In this document: positions 12,026-29,626 of the stretch, piece after piece | Layout of the letters: each line of letters begins with the position of its first letter | How positions within the stretch are numbered: the first letter of the stretch is position 1 | From: Felis catus | Lineage: Eukaryota | Length of the DNA: 64,000 nucleotides | NCBI RefSeq assembly: GCF_018350175.1 | Contig: NC_058383.1 | Coordinates: 18,786,001 to 18,850,000, forward strand | Direction: 5' to 3' | The notes under the pieces: model-generated | Database searches by the model: none | What the model was told of the DNA's origin: nothing | What the model saw: the letters and a program-made list of their open reading frames with translations, nothing else | Translations under genes and position numbers: made by a program

Positions 12026-13264
12026 CTATGGTGTCCTAAGCGGGAAAGTGCAGGGGAGGCAGCTGGAGAGCTAGTGAGGAGCTAGCGAACGGAGCCTCCT
12101 CACCCTCTCGATTCCCCAATGCCCCACTCTTCCCCCTCCTAGCCACCCCAACCCGACCAAAGGGAAGTGGGGCCCTACCAGCTGGAGGGTCCCCTGGGGT
12201 TCGCCTGAAGCAAACAGGAAGCTGCCGCCCAGCGAGACGAGCCTGGGAACTGGCAACTGAGAAAGCAGATCTCCTGGGTCCCTGGCCCCTTTCCCTGAGT
12301 GACTGCAGAGTGAAAGTGGAGACACAGCCACATATGCAGAGAGACAGATAGCTGGAGGAAGAGGAAAGGAGGGGAGAGACGGGGTGGGAGGGGGGGCAGA
12401 AGCACAGATTTATTAAGAGTTAGGATTCCCGAGTTCTAGGGCTCCCTGTGTGATCTCAGGCGACACCCTGCCCTTTGGGGGCCTCAATTTCCCCACTTCT
12501 AAATGGGTTCCTTCCATAGCTGAAGCAGGCAGGGGCTTCCCAAGTTCTTCCCCAGGAAGCAAAGGGGCACTGATCACCAGTCATCTCTCAGGACTGCTGT
12601 GCGGGAGCTGCAGTAGCAACCTGGCACTCGCCCTTGGCCGCTGGCTGATGCTGCCTCTCACTAACTGAGGGCCTACTACGCGCCAGGCGAAAAATGCTGC
12701 ACGCATGCTGTCCTGTTGCCTCTTCACAAACAGGATTTTCATCGTGCTATCACTGTCCCCAGTTTACGGAGAAAGAAACTAAGGCTTAGATGAATGAAGG
12801 AACTTAGCCAAGTGGTAGACGGGGAGGATTCAAAGTCAAGTCTGCCAGATCCCAAAGTACGTGTGACGGGCCAGCTGTACAGAGTGGGAAGGAGGCCCAA
12901 GGCGTGTCGGCTGAATGAATGAATGGGGTATGTGTGTGAAGGGAAATGATTTAGAGCCTGAGGTTGAAGGAGGGAGGGGGAGAAGGAGGGAGCCCCTAAA
13001 ACCGGAGCCACTTAATTCAACAAATATTTATTGGGTGCCGGCGATGTGCCAAGACGGTCCCAGGGCACTGCGCATTCAGTGGTGAGCAGGACCAAGTCTC
13101 TGCCTTGAGGGCTTATACTCTAGTGGGAGGAACAGAAAGGGATACACAAATAAGCTCATTTCACATGGTGCGAGGTGTCGGGATGAAAATAAAAGTGTGT
13201 CAGGGTAGAGACAGGTTTTGTGGGTCCGGAGGGGTGCCAAGGGAAGGGGACTGGAGGCGTGACC

Positions 13265-13350
13265 ACCCCTTCCTCCCCGGGGGGTGTGAGGGGGAACTGC
13301 CTGCCCGCCTGCCCGCCCCCACAGACACTCATGGTTCAGTGCCCCCCAGG
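13265..13350 (+). promoter_or_regulatory. CD19 TATA-less proximal promoter: EBF-type PyG box and PAX5 (BSAP) site
   Basis: CAGACACTCATGGTTCAGTGCCCCCCAG (13322-13349) closely matches the known high-affinity CD19 PAX5 site. CCTTCCTCCCCGGGGGG at ~13268-13284 resembles the EBF1 site. Confidence 0.85.
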
Positions 13351-13413
13351 CCCCCACCTGCCCCCAGCATCCACCGCGCGGCCAAGCTGGGTGCCCCGGG
13401 GAGCCTGGCCGCC

Positions 13414-18742
<5,329 letters not shown>

Positions 18743-19014
18743 TTCCTTCCAGGTGAGCTGGGAAATGCCCTCTAAGGAAGGGGGAGAAAGCGGGGGAGGA
18801 GTAGGGGTGGATGTGGTCCTCGGGGAGGGAGAGGGGAAAGGTTTCCCGAGGCCTGGGGTTCAGGGGAAGGGCTCCTGGAACCTCCTCGTCACCATTTCTT
18901 CTACATAGCCTGGGCCTCCTTAGGCCCCCGAGATCCATACTGGATTCTGAAATCTGGGACCCCAAGCAGACAGTGTCGACTTCTGGAGCAGCGTTGACTC
19001 GGATGTGTATATCT

Positions 19015-19024
19015 GTGTGTGTGA

Positions 19025-19065
<41 letters not shown>
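19015..19065 (+). repeat. (GT)n microsatellite in CD19 3'UTR
   Basis: Direct dinucleotide run about 35 nt upstream of AATAAA 19101. Confidence 0.95.
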
Positions 19066-19066
<1 letters not shown>

Positions 19067-19395
19067 ACCAATGAAACTTTGGCTCCCTTTACTTACTCCA
19101 AATAAATTCAGTGACTTCTTCTAATCCTATGATGTAAATGCCCTTGTATGGGAGGGGGAGGGAAGGTGACGATGTGTGTACTCCCCTCTCGAATCCAGCA
19201 GAGGACGGAGAGCTGCATCCTGGGTACGATGGGGCCTTTTCCCTCCTGTGATTTGGCCTGCATCTGTTGCCCTCACTTGCCTGCCGCTCTCTTCATCCAG
19301 TTTAGCCACCATTCATTCAGCAGCTGGGGGTGCCCAGTGAAGAGAAAGCCATCCAGGAGTTGGCACTCATCGCTGACATGTACTGAGCATCTCCT

Positions 19396-22012
19396 GGGGT
19401 GCCCGGGTGGCTCAGTTGGTTAAGCGTCAACTTCGGCTCAGGTCATGATCTCATGGTTCCTGAGTTCGAGCCCCGCACTGGGCTCTGAGCTGACAGTTGG
19501 AGCCTACTTCAGATCCTGTCTCCCTCTCTCTCTGACCCTCCCCTGACCGCACGCACGCTCTTTCTCTCAAAAATAAATAAACATAAAAAAAAATTTACTG
19601 AGCATCTCCTATGTTCCAACACCAGTTAACTCATTTAATCTTTAAAAGTATTTTTTTTAACGTTTATTTATTTTTGAGAGAGCGTATGCACCTGTGCGCA
19701 CGCACACGGGCACACAAGTGGGGGAGGGACAGAGACGGAGGCAGAGGAGCCCCGTGCCAGACTGGAGACCCAGTCCCTCTCCTGCTCCAGAAGGTTCAAT
19801 GTGCTATAGAAGACTGACTAGCGTTTTCAGTACTTACACACTTTATTGCCAGAATTTCGCTTAATGTACCCGTTTTTTTCTTCGCAATGCCTTGTTATTT
19901 CGAGACCGTCTTCCTTCTTTATCTGTCAACCTTTACAACTTACTTTCTGTGTGTTAACACTATTATTCTGTGCCATGCATTGTGCTAATAACTGCTTTAC
20001 AGGTAGCATCTCATTTTATCCTTACAACAATCCTTTGAGGGAGGGACGCTAAAATTATTCTGTTTACACCTGGGAAGCCTGAGTCATGGAGAAATTAAGT
20101 ACTTCCTGCTAACTGACCTTAGGTAACTTACTTAAGTTCAGGGACCCTCAGTTTCCCCGACTGTCTAATAGCATTAGGGAGGGGGCATGGTGTGGTTACC
20201 ATTATCTGTATAATGGGTTGAATTTCCCCATGGTGATGTCAAGGTCTCTTTGACTTCTTCATGTTTCTCCTGAGCTTCCTGGGCCCCACTGCCTGGGGGC
20301 CAGCAGTGACTTTTTCCCTCCACTGTCTGTTGGGTGACTTGCTTCCATTCTGCATCCCAGGGCCCGTGGGTGGATTTTTTTCTGTCTTCTGTGCCCAGCC
20401 CTTTCTCAGCTCCTGGTTTTGGGCAAGACACTCAGTTTCCTTTCTCTGCTGTCCCTGGGGCCTCAGCTTGACCTCTGTCCCCTTGTGGGTATGAAAACCC
20501 CAATCCTAGGGATCTCGGTGTCCCCGTGGAGTGCTAGACTTCAGCCGCCTCTCAGCATTGTGGCTTTGATTTCCTTCTTTATTTCAAGCACCAGGAAGAT
20601 TGTGTTGCTGTTGAGCTCAGATATCTATTTTCAAAAGAAGAAGAAGGCGTGCCTTGGTGGTTCAGTCACTTGAGCATCTGACTTTGGCTCAGGTCATGAT
20701 CTCATGGTTCATTAGTTCGAGCCCCAAGTCAGGCTCTGTGCTGACAGCTCAGAGCCTGGAGCCTCCTTCAGATTCTGTGTCTCGCCCTCTCTCTCTGACC
20801 CACCCAGCTCACACTCTGTCTTTCTCAAAAATAAACATCTAAAACAATTTTTTTAGGGGTGCCTGGGTGGTTCAGTTGGTTAAGTGGCCAACTTCAGCTC
20901 AGGTCATGATTTCGCAGTTCATGAGTTTGAGCCCCACGTTAGGCTCTGTGCTGATAGCTCAGAACGTGGAGCCAGCTTCAGATTCTGTGTCTCCCTCTCT
21001 CTGCCCCTCCCCTGCTTGTGCTTTGTCTCTCTCTGTCTCTTAAAAAATGAATAAACATTAAATTTTGTTTGATAAATAAAATTTTTTTAATTAAAAAAAA
21101 AAGAAGAGGGGTGCCTGGCTGGCTTAGTCAGTAGCGGACACAGCTCTTGATTACGGAGCCCCATGTCAGATGTAGAGATTACTTAAAAATAAAATATTTA
21201 GGGGTGCCTGCGTGGCTCAGTCGGGTGAGTGTCCGACATCAGCTCAGGTCATGATCTCATGGTTCGTGAGTTCGAGCCCCACACTGGGCTTTGCGCTGAT
21301 AGGGCAGAGCCTGCTTCGGATTCTCTGTCTCCGTCTCTCTCTGCGCCTTCCCTGCTCATGCTTTCTCAAAAATAAACATTAAAAAAATTAAAAACAAAAT
21401 CTTCAAAATAAAAGCAAACTTCCTATATCTTGCATAGTATATGTTTGGAGTGTGGGAGGTGGGATATGTACCTCCAGCATTACCTGGGGTATCCATTTTG
21501 GAATGGAGTTTCTGTGGCAAAGAAAAAAATGCAAGAATAAGAAATCCAGATCCAGCTCAGCCTTCAAACACCCACCTTACCCTTCAGTCAAAAGAAGCTC
21601 TCCAAATCGCCATAATCCCCACCCTTCCCTATTACCTTTCATCCACCTGCTTCAGTCCATTGAACTTTCCTGCCTGTGCCTGAAGCATTCGAGCACGTGA
21701 CTCCGGGTAAAAACATCCTGCCTTCTCGAGGGCAAATCCATGCCGGGGTCTTCTCTGTGCCCCTGGTACCTAGCCGGGAGACGGCAAAGATCAGGAGCTC
21801 CAGAAATAAGTGGGGAAGGAGGAGTGAAGGGACAACGCAGGAAGCCCTGGGATTCAGAGCACACAGGCTGGAGCCGCTCCTGGGAAGTGTGGACAGAAGT
21901 TGGGAAACAGAGGAGTGCCACTTCCAGCCCAGTGCTCCAGAATTAGACCATCTGCTCTTTTCTCTTTCTTTTTTTTTTTTTAAACTTTTTAAATGTTTAT
22001 TTTATTTATTTT

Positions 22013-22061
<49 letters not shown>

Positions 22062-24010
22062 CAAGCAAGGGAGGGCCAGAGAGAGAGGGAGAGAGAGTGA
22101 ATCCCAAGCAGTCTCCGTGCTCAGTGCAGAGCCTGACGCGGGGCTTGAACTCATGAACCTTGAGATCGTGACCTGAGCTGAAATCAATTTCAGATGCTTA
22201 ACCGGCTTAGCCACCCAGGCACCCCCGGACTATCTGTTTTTGTTTTAAGTTTATTCATTTATTTAGAGAGAGAGAAATAGATCAGGGGAGGGGCAGAGAG
22301 GGAGCGCGAGACAGAGAATCCCAAGCAGGCTCTACGCTGTCAGCACAGAGCCTGACGGGAGGCTGGAACTCAGGAACCGTGAGATCATGACCTGAGCCCA
22401 AACCAAGAATGGGACGCCCAACAGACTGAGCCACCCAGGCGTCCCCCCTCCTCTTTTTTTAAAGGGTCAGACTATCTGGGTTTGCACCCTAGCTCACCCC
22501 TCTCTAGCTGTGTGACTCAAGCTCTGTGCTGTGGTTCGGAGGTCTGTAAAATAGCGGTGATTTACCTACCTTAATGTGTCTTAGATGTAAAGCTCATGAC
22601 GGTTATATAGCAAGCATGCTGAATATTAATTATGATTCGGCATTTATTAGGGGCCTACCGTGTGCCCGGAGCCAGAGGGCACCAAGATCGTTTGCACGGA
22701 GGCTTCCTCCGGTGTAGGGCCTTGCCCAGGAGGAAGTCACACTCCAAAGCTTCTCCACATCCACAGGACCCAATTTTTTGGCAGGGGCTGGACGACTTAT
22801 AGCTCTTGAACAAGGTTTGAGAAGAAGGAGGCTTGAGGGAAGTCCTCAGGTCTACCCTCTGCCTCCCTAGTTTGCAGTGGCCTCGAGGTGGGGCTCGAGG
22901 CTGGCCAAAGGGTTTCTGGTGCAATCTCTGTGCCCTCAGCCTGGCTACCAAGAGTGGCTGAAGATCTCCTGGGACTGCGAGGTCCTTGGAGTCCCGTCTA
23001 CTGGGTCCGAGGTGCCTTTGTCCCCTGGTAGACAGCACCACCTGCTGGGTGTGTGTTTGTGTCTGTACTGTGTGTGCGGTGTGGCGCGGGTGAGGTGTCA
23101 GGGGCCATACGGTTGGAGGTGATGTGGGAGGTGTGAAGTGTCGCATGATGTCCAAGAGTTGCCAGTAAGGTAGATGTGTGGAGGATATGTAGCTCCCGAG
23201 GCGCACGATGCTGTCGGTGGGTGTGTTGGTGTGGAAAAACAAAAATCTTCTTCCAATGCAGAAACCCCCCACCCAGGTGATAGAGACAGAAAACAGACTT
23301 TATTACTGGAAGCATTAAACCAGAATGGTATGTACATTACAGATGTTAACCTTAAGAATAAAACCATTGGGGCGCCCGGGATGCTCCGTCGGGTGAGCGC
23401 CCGACTTCGGCTCAGGTCACGATCTCACTGCTCATGAGTTCGAGCCCCGCGTCAGGCTCTGAGCCGACAGCTCGGAGCCTGGAGCCTGCTTTGGATTCTG
23501 TGCCTCTGTCTCTCTCTGCCCCAACCCACTCGCATTCTGTCTCTGTCTCAAAAATAAATAAACGTTAAAAAAAATTATTTATTTATGTATTTTTTTCAAC
23601 GTTTATTTATTTTTGGGACAGAGAGAGACAGAGCATGAACGGGGGAGGGTCAGAGAGAGAGGGAGACACAGAATCGGAAACAGGCTCCAGGCTCTGAGCC
23701 ATCAGCCCAGAGCCCGACGCGGGGCTCGAACTCACGGACCGCGAGATCGTGACCTGGCTGAAGTCGGACGCTTAACTGACTGCGCCACCCAGGCGCCCCC
23801 AAAAATATTTTTTTTAAAGAATAAAACTGTTAAGGGCGCTCATCCGACTCTTGATTTTGGCGATGGTCATGATCTCAGGGTCATGGGAGCAAGCCCTGTG
23901 TTGGGCTACACACTGAATGTGGAACCTGCTTGTGATTTCCTCTCCCCCACTTCCTCTCTCACCCCTCCCTCGTGCTCATTCTCTCTCTCGGTCTGAAAAA
24001 AATAAATTAA
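19396..24010. repeat. Dense CanSINE cluster between CD19 and NFATC2IP
   Basis: Copies at ~19396-19590, 20646-21400 (several, nested), 21960-22445, 23369-24010. Confidence 0.9.
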
Positions 24011-24029
24011 AAATGAGAGTAACAGTGTC

Positions 24030-24533
24030 AGTTATTTTTTCCCAGCAGAAATAGGTTTATTCAGGAATAGCAGAGAAATACTACTTAAGACTTGTAAGCT
24101 CTGACAAAATTATATGTAAGGCTGGAGAGGAACCGCTGTTCTATAGAGGAAAAGAGGGGGCCTTGGGAGAATGGCTGTTACAAACAGAGTTCATTGGACT
24201 GAACTGGGGGTTCCAAGCATAGGGGCTTCTCATTGGCTGAGTTGTGCCAGTCTCACATTGACCCGGGCTCCTGCTGGGTGAGGAGAAAATCTCCTGCTGG
24301 GTAGGCTCTTGCCTCTTGCAAATACAACTTAAGTCTCTTGCTGGTTCTGGAAAAGGCTGTAAGGAGTGGTAGGATATGAGAGCTCCCCCACTCTGGCTTC
24401 CCAACTTCATTTTTTTTTTTTTTTTGTAAGCTCTGATGAGGGATAAAACAGAAAATGTTCAACTTTAGCCTGGAAGGCTGATCCAAAGCCTACATAATTC
24501 TGATGAGGCTAAAATACGTGCTGGCTGCTATAT

Positions 24534-24566
<33 letters not shown>

Positions 24567-24621
24567 TTTATTTATTTTGAGAGAGAGCGTGAGTGAGCAC
24601 ACACGCGACCTGGGAAGGGGC

Positions 24622-24659
<38 letters not shown>

Positions 24660-25240
24660 TCCTAAGCAGGCTCCCCACTGTCAGCGAGTAGCCCCATGCT
24701 AGGCTCGAACTCATGAACCGTTAGATTATGACCTGAGCCGAAATCAAGACTTAGAAGCTTAACTGACTGAGCCACCCAGGTGTCCCACGGCTGCTACATT
24801 CTTAAAGGGTCTCATGACTGCCTGTACAACCTACCCGTAGTTAATATCGAACTGAATGATAAGAGAAATCTTGAGAGGTTTATGAGTAGAAATTCAAAGA
24901 AAACATTTATGATCTAATACTTGCATGTCCCCTCCCTCTTGAGCATTAAGCATATAACCGCCCGCTTCATACAGCAAAAGTGCAGTTCTTTCTGCCCACG
25001 GGTCTTGTCCCCTGCTATAATAAAGCACCTCTTTGCACCCAGAATATCTCAAGAATTCTTTTCTTGACCTGTAGGCTCGTGGCCCCACATCAAGTTCTAC
25101 GACCAACCGTGGGGCTTGAACTCAGGACATGGAGATGGAGAGTCACGTGCTCTACCCACTAAGCTGGCCAGATGTCCCCCAACTTCATTTTGAATAAGGT
25201 GTTTTTGTTGTTGTTGTTGTTGTTTTCCTTCAGTTTCACA
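24030..25240 (-). mobile_element. Older LTR-like element split by nested insertions
   Basis: Similar to the element at 10741-11372 (CCAGCA..GGTTTA..GGAATAGCAGA; TTCATTGGA; TTGGCTGAGTTG) and ends in TTTCACA (TG start on - strand). Confidence 0.55.
24434..25092 (+). mobile_element. Solo ERV LTR (interrupted by a SINE)
   Basis: TGATG...CATCA termini, TATA-like CATATAA ~24951, AATAAA 25019-25024, 5-bp TSD AGCTC/AGTTC (24429-24433, 25093-25097). Confidence 0.8.
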
Positions 25241-26089
25241 CAAGCAATTCTACAGGTAGCTAAGCAGGTACAACCCCTTGTCCTGTTTTCAAGATAAAAA
25301 TTTCAAAATCCGCCGTCTTTAGTCCTGTCTAGTTCATCCTAACTTTATTATGGTTTATTGGCTTATATCCAGGGGAGAAACAAGCTTCTCGCCTGTTACT
25401 GACCTGAGGTAGTTTAGTATATCATAGCAAGGCCCCCACCAAAGTGAGGCTGTTAATCCCTCTCCCAGGAACTGGGAGATCTGGATCTATCATCTATCGT
25501 TAGGAGGTTTGCATTTCAAAAAGATGGCTTTCAGCCCCCGGGAGTCCTGAGTTTTGAGACTTGCAAGAGGCTTATTTAGCCACAATAGAGATTTACAATC
25601 ATTTTAAAAGGACGATGAAAGAAATTCTGAAACAAACGTGGGAGAGAGGGAAGTCACACCCCTTCTTTTCAACAGGGAGAATCAAGCCTCTCATTTTTCA
25701 CTTGGATTTGTCCCACCAGGTGTTGTTTTCGAGGCGTGTTGTGCTTAGGTGTGTGCTGTGGGCGGGTGTTGCGCGAGGGCGTGTGTTGTGTTAACACTGC
25801 GCGTGAAGCCCGTCTGTGGGGGCAGTCGGGTGTGAGGGAGGGTATGTGTGATTATGTGTGATGTGGGAGGTGGTTCAGAGTTGAGTGGCGTTGAAGTGCT
25901 GGGCCGGGGTGTGTACCGGGTGGGTTCTGCACGGAGCAGGGGCGCGTGTGTCGGGTGGCGATGAGTGGAATTAGCCCACAACGTAGTTGCGGGAAACGAT
26001 AACGGCGATAATGGAGAGGACTAAAGCTTGATTCCGCGGTTTCTAAAAATTCGGAGGCCGTCTTCCTTCACTTTGTAGTCGGAGGGCTT

Positions 26090-26860
26090 GAGGACTACAA
26101 TTCCCAGGATGCCCCGCTCGCTCACCAACCAGGAACACGCGTCGATTTAATGGGCGGGCCTGGAGTGGGCTGGTCAGGAAGAGAGGCAGACGACCAATGG
26201 GCGAGCCGGAACGAATCGAAAGCCACGCTGATTGCGCCGAGGCTGATTGGAATCTTTGGCGCCTTGGTTTCAGTGGTGGATGCATGGTGGGCGGATGTAG
26301 CGACCAATGAGAAGGCGGGGAGGAGGAGCCAAGGGGTGTGGGCAGGGAGAGGTGTTGACTAGCAGACGGTTTACCCAATGAGGAGCGCAGGTCGCTGAAG
26401 GGGGCCGGGCGAGGCGTCTAGAGGCGGTGGACTGTGGTCGGCTGGTGTGTGCCATGGCGGAGCCGGTGAGGAAACGGGGCCGCCGATCCCGGGGCGGCGG
26501 TGTCGGCCGAGGGGCTCGCGGGTCCCGGGGCGGCCGGGGCCGGCGTCCTCGCGTCCCTCGGTCTCCAGGCCGGCCCACCCTGGACTCGGTGTTTGTGGAC
26601 TTGGTCAGCGACAGCGACGAAGATATCCTGGAGGTCGCAACAACGCGCAGCGCTGCGGACTCGGTCGAAGTCCCTCACCCGGAGCCCCCAGTGCCGGCTG
26701 CCCCCCGGGACGACAGCGACAGTGACAGCGAAGGGGCGGACGCACCGCCCGCCGGAGCCCCGCGGGCCCCGGTCAGGCGGCGGCGGCGGCTGCTGCTGGA
26801 TCCGGGGGAGGCACCGGTTGTTCCGGTGTACTCCGGGAAGGTGCAGCGCGGTCCCCGGGA
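26090..26860 (+). promoter_or_regulatory. NFATC2IP CpG-island promoter: ZNF143/THAP11 motif, GC box, four CCAAT (NF-Y) boxes
   Basis: ACTACAATTCCCAGGATGCCCCGC at 26094-26117; CCAAT at 26194, 26304 and 26375, and ATTGG at 26246; GGGCGGG at ~26151. Confidence 0.85.
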
Positions 26861-29587
26861 GGGCTAACGCAGAAGGGCTGGGTCTAGGGACTGCTCAGAT
26901 TAGGCTTCTGGGATTGGTCTTGGGGGACTAAACGGACGCGGGAGTTGGGGCCTTGGAAGCAGAGAGATGCAGGGTTCCTGAGGTTTCTGCAGTTTGGAGA
27001 GGTGAAGAGGTTTGGAGTGTGTTAGGAGTTTGGGATTCCCGGGAGCTGGAGTGTCAGAAGCAGAGAGAGGCTAAGGGGCCGGGATCCCTTATGCCTCTGA
27101 GAGGGGCTGGCAGGACCTGGGGCTGGGATTTGGGGCATGTTGGGTTTTGAGGTTGGGGCCCATTGCTAAAGGATCCAGGAAGCTGGGGTCATGGAAGTTC
27201 AGAGAAGACTGGGGACTCCAGGAAGCTGGGTCCCCTGGTGGGAGGGTGAGCTAGGAAGCTGGGATTCCCCAGGATTCCAAGGTAGCAGGATGGCTGGCAA
27301 CCTAGTAAGGGCGTAAAAGAAAAACTAATGCCTTAGGGAAAGGGCTTGTAGCGGTAAGGGTACTCTAATTTGGATCTTGTGGAAGCTGGGCTCCTAACTC
27401 GCCCAGAGAGGACTTGGACTTGAGAGCTGGAGGACGGGATGAGTCATCCTGTTTCCCTTTCAGTAGAGGGAGGACTTGGGACTGATTCACTTTTGTCTTT
27501 ACAGGTGAAAAGCAGCCTTCATCTCATCCCAGATCACCTGTCCCTCCTGAAACTCTGTCCTCCAGAAGCTGAGGAAGGTAGGGGCAGACTTCCAGAGAGG
27601 AGCCCAGTGCTGGCCTCTCTGAGGAAGCTTCCTGGAGTTTACATCTCTGCGGTTGATTATTATTCTTTTTAATGTTTGTTTATTTTTAAGAGGGAGAGAG
27701 AGCGTGAGCAGGGGAGGGGCAGAGAGAGAGGGAGACACAGACTCCGAAGCAGGCTCCAGGCTCCGAGCTGTCAACACAGAGCCCGACGCGGGGCTCGAAC
27801 TCACAGAACGTGAGATCATGACCTGAGCCGAAGTCGGCCGCTTAACCGACTGAGCCACCCACGGACGCCAGAAATTCCCAGGCGCTCCTGCGGTTCATCT
27901 TTTTCCTGAGGCTCAAGGGAAAGGCATGACTCCTTCAACCTAGCCAGACAAAAGCTTCTGTCCTGAAATGAGATGAGTGTTCACCAGGAGGCACAGAAAG
28001 GGCTGTCAAACTGCCCTTCCCCCAGCCTGATAGGCACAAGAGTGTGCTAATCTCCAGATTTCTAGGCCATCTCCAGAGATTCTGATTCTGTGTTCCTGGG
28101 GGCAGGGGAGGAGGAGGGGTTGAGAATCTGTAACATCTTGGTACATCTGCAACAAGTTCCTTGGGAACACTCTGGAGCCAGCATGGTGTTCTTTGAATCT
28201 TATCAGAACTGGTCCTCCCTCAGTGATGTGATGTTTTGCGAACCACCCAAAGGCAGTGAATAGGAGTCAAGTTTAATGAGGAAGGGATCCAGTGGGCAAA
28301 TGCAGACCTTGGGCCAGGCCTTCTCTACCGGGAGCAAGTATGGTAGGGTGATCAACAGCTGACTTAGGAACCAGCTGGCCTGGGTTTGAATCTCAGCTCT
28401 ACCTTTTAGTAGCTGTGCGACCTTGTTTCGTCACCAGAAAACTAGGGGTAATAGTGGTCCTACGCCAGAGGATTTGGGTGAGAATTAATTAGAGAGTATA
28501 CATAAGGAGCTCTCTCTTGGGCTACATGTATGGTTAGGACGGTACCTGGAACGTAGTCGTGCAAAGGTACCTCTGTCCTTGCTGCTTCAAATGTAGGCCC
28601 AGGTGCGCCAGGCGTCTCCCGGGAGCTTGGCAGAAATGCAGAATCTCATGTGTCTACCGGCTGCCACAGTTATCGAGGACAGAGTTGCTCAGCCTTGACC
28701 TTACTGACATTTGCACTGAGTAATTCTTTGTGGGGACCTGTCCTGTGCATTGTAGGATGTGTAGCAGCATTGTGACCTCTACCCACCAGGGGCCAGCGTC
28801 ACACACTCCGACTCCCTCCGCCTCCTCATCATGACAACAAAAATTGTCTCGAGACATTGCCACATATCCCTTGGGAGGCCAAATTGCCTCTGGTCGAGAA
28901 CCACCGATCTAGGATGTATTATCACTGCTTTGTTTTTGCAGGGTTTATTTATATGGTTAATGATGATCTTTGGTTAATGGCAAACAAATGAAAAAAGAGC
29001 TTCTGTGTTCTAGAATAAACCTCTAGTTTCCTGTTATAAGGAGTTGTAGTTAAATTGAGTGAGTAAAAAAAGATACTAAGTATTACAGAGATATGACAAA
29101 ATGTGGTAATCATGCTCACATGGAAGAAATTTGAGAAACTTGGGCTCAGAGGGCCTATACTGCTCCGTACCTCCCTGTGCCATGCCGCCTCCTGCCCCAT
29201 ACCTACGTGGTCTGTCTATGCCCATCCAATCCAGTACAGGAAGAAAATAAGAGGAACAATTAAAAAAAAAAATCATCCTTTGCCAACATCTGGTTTGAAG
29301 TTTGTTCTGTCACATACACGGTAGTATGTGCATGTGTCATAAGGAACACGTGTGTATTAAGTAAATAACATATTTCCTAGATCGTGCGTATTTTATATGT
29401 GGGCGGCGTGTGATCAAAAAAGGAGATTAAGTTAATCATAACTTAGTTGGAGTGGCCCACCTTCCGATCGTCCCCACTTCCGTGCCGGCTCGTGCCTTAG
29501 CATGAGGTTCAGCCACCTCCGCTCATAGTTTTCTCTGCACCAGGCATTTCCCTATGACTCCTGCCCCTTGAGCACTTTCCCAGCATA

Positions 29588-29626
<39 letters not shown>

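Noticed and set aside
22655-23272. 205-aa minus-strand ORF between CD19 and NFATC2IP
   Set aside because: Derived from low-complexity GT/CA-rich sequence; no coding hallmarks or exon structure.
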